Shown piece after piece: positions 28,450 to 36,959 of a stretch of 62,712 bases of DNA. The DNA comes from Acidimicrobiia bacterium (lineage in GTDB: Bacteria; Actinomycetota; Acidimicrobiia; IMCC26256; JAENVU01). The notes below the pieces were generated by a model. The model was not told the origin of the DNA, did not search any database, and was given only the letters and a program-made list of their open reading frames with translations. Location of the stretch: positions 1-62,712 of the forward strand of contig JANPBJ010000207.1 in assembly GCA_031430375.1 (NCBI GenBank), read 5' to 3'. How positions within the stretch are numbered: the first letter of the stretch is position 1; each line of letters starts with the position of its first letter. The position numbers and the translations under genes were made by a program.

Positions 28450-29790
28450 GTGAAAGATCGCGCTGAACAACTCATCGGGAAGGCCCGCGAAGCGGTGCCG
28501 GAGGGAACGTTCGCGGTCGGTGGCGGGCTGATGATCACCGCGATCACCACCTACATCTTCCTCATCGTGGTGCGGGCGGCACTTCCCGACCCTCGGTACA
28601 CCGCGGAGTATGCGGCATTCAACGCGTTCTGGGGGTTCATGTTTGTCGCCGGTCCTGGCCTCTTTCTCCCGTTGGAACAAGAGGTCGGTCGCGCATTGGC
28701 ACAACGCCGCGCGCAGGGTCTTGGTGGCGGCCCGCTCGTGGCGCGCGCGGCCCGGCTCGGCGCGCTTCTGACCGCCGTCATGGTCGTCGTTGCAATCGCG
28801 ACGTCGCCCGTGTACGTCGACGGGATGTTCCACGGAGACTGGTGGCTCGTCGCGAGCTTGCCCGTGGGACTGGTGGGCTTTGCTCTCATGCTGCTGACGC
28901 GGGGCACACTCTCGGGGAACGGTCGATTCCGGCCCTACGGCATGATCCTGGCGATCGACGGCGCGGCGAAACTCATCGCGGCTTTCGCGCTCTACGAAGC
29001 AGGCGTGCGGACGCCGGGCGCGTACGGGATGTGCATAGCCCTCTCGCCATTCATCGCAACCGCGATCGCGCTCCGAGGCCAGCGGGGTCTGCTCCAGCCC
29101 GGACCACCGGCTCCGTATTCGGAGCTCTCGAACTCGCTCGGCTGGCTCTTGGCCGGCTCGCTTCTCATGCAAGCCCTCGGATACTCAGTGCTGCTCGGTG
29201 TCGCAGTACTCAAGAGCCCCGGTGAAGCAGCGCTGGCCAGCGCGCTCGGCAGCGCTTTCTTTGTGGGTCGAGTGCCACCGTTGCTGTTCCAGGCCGTACA
29301 GGGCACCCTCCTTCCGAAGCTGGCGGGCCTCGCCGGTGCGGGACGCCACGATGATTTTCGGACGGGGTTCCGCCAACTCATGGTCATCGTGTGTGGCATC
29401 GCCGCGTTCGGCACAGGGGCGGCGTTCGTCGTCGGCGTACCACTCGGGAAAGTGTTGTTCCCACCGTTCGAGATCAGCGCCGTCAATCTCACGTTGCTCG
29501 TGGCCGGGAATGGCCTGTTCATCATCGCCCTCACGATCGCGCAGGCGTTGATCGCCTTGCATGGGCACCGCGCCGCGGCGGTTGCATGGGGCGCAGGATT
29601 CGTCACATTCGCGATCGTTGCCGGTGCTATTCAGGACCTCGCGCTCCGAGTGGAGCTCGGGTTTCTCGCCGGCACCGCAGTCACCACCGTCGTCATGGCG
29701 CTGGCACTTCGGACTCGGATGCGGGCCGGATTCACAGAAGGCATCGACGCGCTGATCGAACAGATCGGGCACGAGCCGCTCGACCTGTAA
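28450..29790 (+). CDS. Polytopic membrane protein, MOP-superfamily flippase candidate (paralog of 13892..15199)
   Basis: In-frame GTG 28450 (VKDRAEQLIGK...). Upstream of it the ORF is antisense to lpd. It shares LPLEQEVGRALAQRRAQGLGGGPLV and GRVPPLLFQAVQGTLLPKL with the paralog. Confidence 0.6.
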   Translation: MKDRAEQLIGKAREAVPEGTFAVGGGLMITAITTYIFLIVVRAALPDPRYTAEYAAFNAFWGFMFVAGPGLFLPLEQEVGRALAQRRAQGLGGGPLVARAARLGALLTAVMVVVAIATSPVYVDGMFHGDWWLVASLPVGLVGFALMLLTRGTLSGNGRFRPYGMILAIDGAAKLIAAFALYEAGVRTPGAYGMCIALSPFIATAIALRGQRGLLQPGPPAPYSELSNSLGWLLAGSLLMQALGYSVLLGVAVLKSPGEAALASALGSAFFVGRVPPLLFQAVQGTLLPKLAGLAGAGRHDDFRTGFRQLMVIVCGIAAFGTGAAFVVGVPLGKVLFPPFEISAVNLTLLVAGNGLFIIALTIAQALIALHGHRAAAVAWGAGFVTFAIVAGAIQDLALRVELGFLAGTAVTTVVMALALRTRMRAGFTEGIDALIEQIGHEPLDL

Positions 29791-29796
29791 ATGTCG

Positions 29797-31734
29797 TCAC
29801 GTCCCGGCGGCGACGCCGCTGATCACCCAGGGTGAGGTGATCGGCGCCGAACGCTTCCAAGTGTTCCGGCCTTGGGACAATCCCGGTGCGCCACCGAACC
29901 GAACAAGATAGCCATCCTCTCGAACGGTGTAGCCCGCCCCACCCGAGAGCACCACCAAGCCGCGCGCCGCATCACGTCCGAAGTACCGCGTGCCGCTGAG
30001 TCGCGGCGCGCCGCCCACGGGCCAGACCCCGCCGAAGCCATCGAGGACATAGCCCCCCGAGCCACCTGGGTTGGCGCGAACATCACGCGCGATTGCCCAT
30101 CCCGGCCAGTAGGGGCCAGTGATAGCCCGCGCCCCAGCTACCGGGTGCAAACCGCCGAACACGTCCATGACGTACCAACCACCGGTGAAATGCACGAGCT
30201 TCCGCGCCACATCGGCGCCCCGAAAGTACGGTCCGTTTCTCAATGCTGGCGCGCCGCCGAAGGGATGGATCCCGCCCCAGCCGTCGAGCACCCACCCGCC
30301 GCCCTGAGGCCGAAGTACGAGATCGCGCGCGATATCGAACCCCGGCCAGTACGGGCCGCCAGTGGCGCGTGGCGAGTAGCCGACGGGATGCAGCCCACCG
30401 AAACCATCGAGGGTGTAGCCCCCGACCCCGTTCAGGAAGAGCTCCAGATCGCGCGCGATCGACCACCCGGGCCACACAGCGGTTGCGCGCAACTCAGGCG
30501 CGCCACCGGCGGGGTACACCACGCCGAAACTGCTCATGACCGCGACCTTGGGGCTCGAACTCACGACCGCGTGCGGCGCCACAACGTCGGCACCGCCCCC
30601 CAGGATTCGCAACGCAACGTTGCCCCGTATTGCTGGCAACAAGGAGTAGAGATAGTTGCCAGGGCAGTCGGTCTGACCGGGGTCTCGATGCCCGACGATA
30701 AACGGCAGCGTTTGGGTCGAGCCCGCCGGCCAGCGATCAGTCCCGCTCACCGTGGTGTACGGCACCGGCCGGGTGGGATCCACACCGTGCCAATTCAACT
30801 TCCAGGCCAGCAACGATTCGAGCGCCTGAACCGCGACAGCAGGCACCCCAGAACTTTGGAAGTTGCCAATAAGAGCCACTCCCACCGACCCGGAGTTGAA
30901 ACCGGTGGTGTGCGCGGCACGCACTGGATCCCAGACGCTGCCGAACCGGCCCTCGAAAATCTGGCCATAGCGGTCGATGAAGAAGTTGTAGTGCGTGTCG
31001 CAGTAGCGCAGCGTCTGAGTCGCGTAGGCGTAGAGGCCTCGCACGATCGACGGTGTATCGCCGGGTCCATAACTATTGCTCCCACCCGTGTGATGTACCG
31101 CGGCGATCCTGACGTTTGTCGACGTGTCGGGCGCTTCCGGGCAGTTACTCAAGCGCAAGTTCTCATCCGCACCCCACTCGGGCCTCGAGATGATCCCCGG
31201 CATTGCCACGGCCGCGGCGCCCGCGGCGTTGGCGACGACGGGTGCGCGCGGACTCACGACACGCTCGACCCTGACACCACTCGCCGTCCCGCGCACGAGC
31301 CGCACGCGCACTGCGCGCGCGTCGCCCACCCAGACCGGCGCTGAGGCAGGGTCCGCCATCGCTCGGCTCGCCTCGACGGTGCCGGGATCGGGTCCATGGT
31401 CCGGCTCGTATCCCACGTCCGAAATCGCGTGCCATCGTCCGCGGGCATCTCGGGACTCGATCGAGAATCTCGCCGACGGGTCACCCTGCCAGCGCACACC
31501 GACCAAGTTGGCGCGCTCGGCGACGACGGAGCTCCAACCCACTGAGACGGGTCCCGCTCCGCTGACCTGTGTCGCATGCACTTCGGCGCGAGGCACGGGA
31601 ATCGACTCGTCCGGGCCGATCACGGGCACCACCACGAGACCGAAGCCGAACACCGTGCCCGTGAAGCCCGCGATCAGACTCATCTTCCAAGGCTGGATCC
31701 GCAAGCGCTTTCTCATGTCCACCTCCGAGAGCAT
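29797..31734 (-). CDS. N-acetylmuramoyl-L-alanine amidase (PGRP/Amidase_2 type) with a C-terminal ~40-aa tandem-repeat domain
   Basis: TM/signal segment. Amidase core: RPEWGAD, AVHHTGG, HYNFFIDRYGQIFEGR, VGHRD...TDCPG. Six repeats of Y.LDGFGG.HP.GGAP...GPYWPG.DIARD. The start could also be Met7 at 31716. Confidence 0.85.
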   Translation of the reverse strand: MLSEVDMRKRLRIQPWKMSLIAGFTGTVFGFGLVVVPVIGPDESIPVPRAEVHATQVSGAGPVSVGWSSVVAERANLVGVRWQGDPSARFSIESRDARGRWHAISDVGYEPDHGPDPGTVEASRAMADPASAPVWVGDARAVRVRLVRGTASGVRVERVVSPRAPVVANAAGAAAVAMPGIISRPEWGADENLRLSNCPEAPDTSTNVRIAAVHHTGGSNSYGPGDTPSIVRGLYAYATQTLRYCDTHYNFFIDRYGQIFEGRFGSVWDPVRAAHTTGFNSGSVGVALIGNFQSSGVPAVAVQALESLLAWKLNWHGVDPTRPVPYTTVSGTDRWPAGSTQTLPFIVGHRDPGQTDCPGNYLYSLLPAIRGNVALRILGGGADVVAPHAVVSSSPKVAVMSSFGVVYPAGGAPELRATAVWPGWSIARDLELFLNGVGGYTLDGFGGLHPVGYSPRATGGPYWPGFDIARDLVLRPQGGGWVLDGWGGIHPFGGAPALRNGPYFRGADVARKLVHFTGGWYVMDVFGGLHPVAGARAITGPYWPGWAIARDVRANPGGSGGYVLDGFGGVWPVGGAPRLSGTRYFGRDAARGLVVLSGGAGYTVREDGYLVRFGGAPGLSQGRNTWKRSAPITSPWVISGVAAGT

Positions 31735-31795
31735 CGACCATTGCGGCCGTCAATCTGGAATCAGGTCTTCGATTCGGGCGTCACCGACCACAGAG

Positions 31796-32956
31796 GTGGG
31801 TCGAGTCACCGAGAGGTCGACCGGTAGGATCTCCGAAATCGGCGCCCTTCGAATTGCGATCGACGGCACTGCGCTGCTTGGCCAGCGTACCGGCGTCGGC
31901 GAAGTCACCGCGGGCCTGCTCGAAGCCTTGGCCCAGCGATCAGACGTGTCCGTCACTGCGTACGCGCTCACATGGCGCGGTCGCAGCGCGCTTGCCGATG
32001 CGGTCCCAGCCCAGGTGGCTGCAGCCACGCGCCCCATCCCCGCGTCGGTGGTACGCAAGTTCTGGGATCGCGGCGCATCGCGGCCACGCGCCGAAGATTG
32101 GACAGGGCGAGTCGATGTGGTGCACGCCACCAACTTCGTTGCTCCGCCCGCCAAAGCGCCGGTCGTGGTCACTGTCCACGACCTCACGTTCATCCGATTC
32201 CCGGAACTGTGCACCCCCGACACAATGCGCTACCCCGGATTGCTGCGACGGGCAATCGCGCGCGGCGCCACGATCCACACGCCGAGCATGTTCGTTGCCG
32301 CGGAGGTTTGCGAGCATCTCGGCACGCCCGCGGATCGGGTAGTCGCCATCCATTCTGGGATCCCGAGCGTGGCCAACGGCGATCCGGCGGCCGGGGCTCG
32401 GCTCGCCGGGCACGCGCGGTACGTGCTCGCGCTCGGCACCATTGAGCCGCGCAAGAATCTCACAACCCTCGTGACCGCGTTCACCGAATCGGCGCGTCTC
32501 GATCCGTTGCTCCGGCTGGTTCTCGCCGGGCCCCCCGGCTGGGACTCGGCGAGCGTGCAGGCCAGGATCGATAGCAGCACGGCCCGCGACCGCATCATCA
32601 CACTCGGCTATGTCGGCGAGCGCGATCGCGCGGATCTCCTCGCGGGCGCGGTGGCATTCGCTTACCCGTCGATCTACGAGGGCTTCGGGTTTCCTCCCCT
32701 CGAAGCGATGCAATCGGGCGTCCCCGTGGTCGCGGGCAATGCCGGCGCGCTCCCCGAGGTACTGGGCGACGCCGCACTCCTCGTCGAACCAATGAACGTC
32801 GACGCGCTCACCTCCGCGATCACTCTCCTGTCCGACCCCGATCCGGACAACGACGCCCGCAACCGTTTGATCCAGCGCGGCCGCGAACGCGTCGGACGCT
32901 ACGACTGGGCTGCTACCGCGGAGCGCATGGTGGAGTTGTATCGGCGGGTCCAATGA
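31796..32956 (+). CDS. GT4 glycosyltransferase
   Basis: C-terminal EGFGFPPLEAMQSGVPVV motif (the E-x7-E region of GT4). In-frame GTG 31796 is chosen because earlier starts would overlap the divergent amidase gene. Start uncertain. Confidence 0.75.
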   Translation: MGRVTERSTGRISEIGALRIAIDGTALLGQRTGVGEVTAGLLEALAQRSDVSVTAYALTWRGRSALADAVPAQVAAATRPIPASVVRKFWDRGASRPRAEDWTGRVDVVHATNFVAPPAKAPVVVTVHDLTFIRFPELCTPDTMRYPGLLRRAIARGATIHTPSMFVAAEVCEHLGTPADRVVAIHSGIPSVANGDPAAGARLAGHARYVLALGTIEPRKNLTTLVTAFTESARLDPLLRLVLAGPPGWDSASVQARIDSSTARDRIITLGYVGERDRADLLAGAVAFAYPSIYEGFGFPPLEAMQSGVPVVAGNAGALPEVLGDAALLVEPMNVDALTSAITLLSDPDPDNDARNRLIQRGRERVGRYDWAATAERMVELYRRVQ

Positions 32957-34035
32957 AGGTCGGGCTCCATGTCGGGCAGCTACTCCAACCGGTGCCGGGC
33001 GGGATCGGGCGCTACGTCGTGCACGTGGCCCAGAATCTCCCGGACGCGGGCGTCGACGTGCTCGGCTTCGGCGCGGGCATGCCCAGCGCCCGCGTGCAAT
33101 CGCTCATCGGACCCTGCGTGAACCTGGGCTGGCCACGGGGTCCGCTGCGCTACGAGATGTGGCATCGATTCGAACGGCCGAAGCTCACTCTCCCAGTTGA
33201 TGTCATCCACGCGCCGAGCCTCGCGATTCCACCAACCGGTCCCATTCCGTTGGTCGTCACCGTCCACGACATCGCATTTCTCCGAGATCCCGAGTCCTTT
33301 ACAACACGCGGGTTGCGATTCCATCGACGCGGACTCACCCTCGCGCACCGCCACGCCCGCGCGATCATCACCGCGTCGCGCTCCGCGCGTGATGAGCTCG
33401 TGAGCGTTGGCTTTGACCGGGACCGAATCTTCTTGGCACCGCATGGTGTCGAGGTTCGCGAGCCGGAGTCCGACGAACAGATCGACCTCCGGGTGCAGCG
33501 AATCGGCCTGAAGCGTCCGTTTGTGCTGGCGGTCGGGACCATCGAACCGCGCAAAGGACTCGACACGCTCGCCGCGGCCGTCACGCAGGCACGACGACGA
33601 ATCCCCAGCCTTTCCCTCGCTATCGTCGGCCCCAGTGGATGGCTCGAGGTCACCGGCCTTGACGCGCCGGGCGTGCGCCGCCTCGGTACCGTCGACGAAC
33701 CGACCCTCGATGCCCTCTATCGCCGAGCAGTTCTCTGCGCGGTCCCGTCACGCTACGAAGGGTTCGGACTTCCCGCGCTCGAGGCCATGGCTCGCGGATG
33801 CCCAGTCATCGCCAGTAACGCGACGAGCCTGCCCGAGGTGGTCGGCACCGCCGGGATTCTCGCTCCAGTTGGCAATGTGGAGGCATGGACCGAAGCCCTG
33901 ATCTCGCTCGCCACCGACCCAGATCGGCGCGCCGAGCTCGGTGCACGAGGCCGGGTACGAGCAGAGGGCTTCACCTGGTTGGGATCGGCCCACGCGCACG
34001 CCGCGGCCTACTCCGCCGCACTTCACGGCCCATAA
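32953..34035 (+). CDS. GT4 glycosyltransferase
   Basis: YEGFGLPALEAMARGCPVIASN motif. ATGA overlap with the preceding GT4 gene. Confidence 0.8.
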   Translation: MKVGLHVGQLLQPVPGGIGRYVVHVAQNLPDAGVDVLGFGAGMPSARVQSLIGPCVNLGWPRGPLRYEMWHRFERPKLTLPVDVIHAPSLAIPPTGPIPLVVTVHDIAFLRDPESFTTRGLRFHRRGLTLAHRHARAIITASRSARDELVSVGFDRDRIFLAPHGVEVREPESDEQIDLRVQRIGLKRPFVLAVGTIEPRKGLDTLAAAVTQARRRIPSLSLAIVGPSGWLEVTGLDAPGVRRLGTVDEPTLDALYRRAVLCAVPSRYEGFGLPALEAMARGCPVIASNATSLPEVVGTAGILAPVGNVEAWTEALISLATDPDRRAELGARGRVRAEGFTWLGSAHAHAAAYSAALHGP

Positions 34036-34112
34036 TCGCGGCCGGAGCGCTGAGAGGGCGGGCGGATCGGCAACACGCGGCCGTCGAGTTCGGAGACGCC
34101 CGACCCGCCCTT

Positions 34113-34118
34113 TACAAT
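34113..34118 (+). promoter_or_regulatory. Candidate -10 hexamer TACAAT, 7 nt upstream of the GTG at 34126 (leaderless-type promoter)
   Basis: Matches the actinobacterial TANNNT -10 consensus. The 7-nt spacing places the predicted transcription start on the start codon, and there is no Shine-Dalgarno in between. Confidence 0.35.
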
Positions 34119-34125
34119 CCCGACC

Positions 34126-35256
34126 GTGCGGCTCCTGCTTGATGTCTCGGCCGTGCCCGCGCGACCGGTGGGGGCCGGCGTGTACACCCTCGAGATTGCC
34201 CGCGAGCTATCGCGGCGAGACGCCGTGGAGTTACATCTGTTGTCCCGCCGCGAGGACAGCGTTCGTTGGTCCACCCTCGCGCCCGATGCGATCGTGCACG
34301 CCGAGGTACCCGCGCCTCGGCCCGCCCGTTTGCTCTGGGAACAGACCGGTGCGCCGAAACTCACTCGTTCCATCGGTGCCGACCTTTGGCACGGGCCGCA
34401 CTACACCTTGCCGCTGCGCCTTCAGATTCCCAGCGTGGTCACGATCCATGACCTCACATTCTTTGAACACCCGGAATGGCATGAGCGCAGCAAGGTGACG
34501 TTCTTTCGTCGGATGATGAAGGTCAGCACCCATCGCGCCGCGGCAATCGTCGCGGTGAGTCATCACACTGCCGACCGATTGCGAGCGGTCCTTGCCCCGC
34601 ACTCTCCGGTTTTCACCGCTCCCCATGGGGTCGACCACGAACGCTTCGTCCCCACGGACGCACAGCACGCGATGCCCGACCGAGCGAAGCTCGCGGCCAT
34701 CGGTATCCGCCCGCCATACCTCGCGTTTGCCGGAACGATCGAGCCGCGCAAGGACGTGCCTACGCTCATCGACGCGTTCGCACGAATGGCCGCGACTCGC
34801 CCTGAACTCAAGCTCGTCGTCGCGGGCCGTGACGGTTGGGGCGCCGCCCAAGCCCGCGACGCCGCGGCGCGAAGCGGCGTCACGACGCGCATCATGCGCG
34901 TCGGCTGGATGGACGACTCCGTCCTTCCGGCGTTCTTCCGCCAGGCCGAGGCGGTCGCATACCCGTCGCTGGAAGAAGGATTCGGACTTCCGGCGCTCGA
35001 GGCGCTGGCCTGCGGTGCCGCGCTCGTGACTACCACCGGCTCCGCGATGGAGGAAGTCGTCGGTGATGCCGCAGTGCTGGTCCCGCCCCGGAATCCGGAC
35101 GCGCTCGCAGCGGCACTCGCGCGCCTGTGTGACGACTCGGTCGAGAACCAGCGGCTCCGGTTCGCAGGACCCGAGCGCGCCCGAACCTTCACCTGGGCAG
35201 CCTCGGTCGATCACCACCTTGCGGCCTACGCTTCAGCGCTGGGGGGTCAACCATGA
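34126..35256 (+). CDS. GT4 glycosyltransferase
   Basis: LEEGFGLPALEALACGAALVTT motif. 376 aa, GTG start. Confidence 0.8.
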   Translation: MRLLLDVSAVPARPVGAGVYTLEIARELSRRDAVELHLLSRREDSVRWSTLAPDAIVHAEVPAPRPARLLWEQTGAPKLTRSIGADLWHGPHYTLPLRLQIPSVVTIHDLTFFEHPEWHERSKVTFFRRMMKVSTHRAAAIVAVSHHTADRLRAVLAPHSPVFTAPHGVDHERFVPTDAQHAMPDRAKLAAIGIRPPYLAFAGTIEPRKDVPTLIDAFARMAATRPELKLVVAGRDGWGAAQARDAAARSGVTTRIMRVGWMDDSVLPAFFRQAEAVAYPSLEEGFGLPALEALACGAALVTTTGSAMEEVVGDAAVLVPPRNPDALAAALARLCDDSVENQRLRFAGPERARTFTWAASVDHHLAAYASALGGQP

Positions 35257-36164
35257 GAGCAACTGTCACCGGCGCCGGCGGATTCGTTGGACCACACCTC
35301 GTCGCCCATCTCCGAGCCTGCGGCGACGACGTCACCGAGATGGACCTGCTGGGTCCGGTCGAGGTCGATGTCACCGATGCCGACTCCGTCCTCGCGCGGA
35401 TCGACGAAGCCGCGGCTGACGTGGTGTACCACCTCGCCGCGCTGAGTCACGTGGGTCAGAGCTGGTCGAGCCCGGGCCGATCGTTTCGCGTGAATGCCGA
35501 AGGCACCCTTCACGTTCTCCGGGCGTGTGTTGCTCGCAAGGTCAGCCGAGTGGTTGTCATCCTCAGTTCAGAGGAGTACGGCAACGCCGCACCCGAACAC
35601 CTCCCACTCAACGAAGATGCACCTCTCCGGCCAGTCACCCCGTACGGCGCGAGCAAAGTCGCGGCCGATTTCCTGGCGCTGCAAGCCCACCTCGCCGACG
35701 GACTCGACGTCGTGCGCGTCCGACCCTTCGGGCATACCGGGCCCGGACAGATCGACCAGTTCGTGGTCCCCGCGCTCGCCGCGCGAATCGCACGCGCGGA
35801 GCGCGACGAAGCCGACGAGATTGCCGTCGGCTCACTCACCGCGGTGAGGGATCTCTCCGACGTACGGGACGTGGTGCGTGCGTACCGGCTCCTGGCCGAG
35901 CAGGGCGCGGGCGGCGAGGTCTACAACGTCTGTTCCGGACGCGGCGTGAGCATCCAAGAGATCGCCGATCTGTTGCTCACGCATTCGACCCGGTCGATCA
36001 AACTCGTGACTGATCCCACGCTCATGCGCACCGTGGATGCTCCGCGAATGATCGGCGACAACACTCGCCTCCGAGCGACGACCGGCTGGTCACCAGAGTT
36101 CACCCTCGAACAGACGCTGGCCGACGTTCTCGCGGCGGCGCGCGCCACCGTCGCTGCGGAGTAA
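35253..36164 (+). CDS. SDR sugar-nucleotide reductase, Rmd-like (GDP-4-dehydro-6-deoxy-D-mannose reductase family)
   Basis: VTGAGGFVG, YGASK, RPFGHTGPGQ, VRDLSDVRDV, YNVCSG and TTGW are collinear with P. aeruginosa Rmd as I recall it. ATGA overlap with the preceding GT4. Confidence 0.6.
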   Translation: MRATVTGAGGFVGPHLVAHLRACGDDVTEMDLLGPVEVDVTDADSVLARIDEAAADVVYHLAALSHVGQSWSSPGRSFRVNAEGTLHVLRACVARKVSRVVVILSSEEYGNAAPEHLPLNEDAPLRPVTPYGASKVAADFLALQAHLADGLDVVRVRPFGHTGPGQIDQFVVPALAARIARAERDEADEIAVGSLTAVRDLSDVRDVVRAYRLLAEQGAGGEVYNVCSGRGVSIQEIADLLLTHSTRSIKLVTDPTLMRTVDAPRMIGDNTRLRATTGWSPEFTLEQTLADVLAAARATVAAE

Positions 36165-36173
36165 CGCGACCGG

Positions 36174-36920
36174 TCAGATGATCTGACGATCGAGCCAGCC
36201 GAGCACTGACGCAACTGCTCGCGGATCGTGGCGCAACCGCCGGCCGGCATTGCCGATGATGCGGAGTTCAGCGGTCCCGTGCGCCTCCGCGAGGAGCCGC
36301 GCGTCCGACACGGACACCACGTCGTCGTCGGTTCCATGCAGCAAGAGCAGCGGGCGCGGCGCGAAGTCTCGTGCGCTCGCCACCGAGTCAACCGTCGAAA
36401 TCTCACGCGCAAATGCGTTGAGATCGCCCGGCGCGGCCTCAGAACGAAAGACGCCCATGCGTCGACAATGTCGAGCGAACCGACCGGTGTCCCGAGACCA
36501 ATCCGCAAGATTCGCAGGCGCGCCCAGCGCCGCGACTCCGCGCACCCGCGGATCAGTCGCACCCACTCCGAGCGCCAGCGCACCGCCCACCCCCGCGCCG
36601 AGGATCCAGACACCTCGGGTCTCAGCGACGTTCAATACCTCCTCCACCGCGAGGCGCACGTCAGCGTTCCAACCGCCGATGGAGAAATCACCCGTTGATC
36701 CACCGGTGCCGCGGAAATTGAACGCCAGGACCCGCCAGCCGGCTTGCGCCGCAATGCGATCCGCGAACTCAGGAAAGGTCAACCCCGAGGCGAGTGACCC
36801 CCGGGGTGGGGTGGGAAAATCGTGGCACAGCACGAGTGCTGGCACGGACCCGGTTGACGTTGGATGCGCCCAATGCGCGGCCAGCCTGGTTCCGTCCGCG
36901 TGTTCAATGTGTTGGTCCAC
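36174..36920 (-). CDS. Alpha/beta-hydrolase-fold protein (nucleophile elbow reads G-A-G-V-G)
   Basis: 248 aa. FNFRGTGGSTGDF plus the elbow ILGAGVGGALAL, then a later HGTDDDVV and a His near the C-terminus. Confidence 0.7.
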   Translation of the reverse strand: MDQHIEHADGTRLAAHWAHPTSTGSVPALVLCHDFPTPPRGSLASGLTFPEFADRIAAQAGWRVLAFNFRGTGGSTGDFSIGGWNADVRLAVEEVLNVAETRGVWILGAGVGGALALGVGATDPRVRGVAALGAPANLADWSRDTGRFARHCRRMGVFRSEAAPGDLNAFAREISTVDSVASARDFAPRPLLLLHGTDDDVVSVSDARLLAEAHGTAELRIIGNAGRRLRHDPRAVASVLGWLDRQII

Positions 36921-36959
36921 CCGTCGCTCCTCGGTCGGCTCCCATTATCCTGGGTCGCC

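Noticed and set aside
34055-34111. Terminator hairpin between the second and third GT4 genes (AGGGCGGG ... CCCGCCCT)
   Set aside because: The stem is only 8 bp and encloses a 41-nt poorly structured loop. That is not convincing as an intrinsic terminator. Only the adjacent TACAAT -10 candidate is retained.
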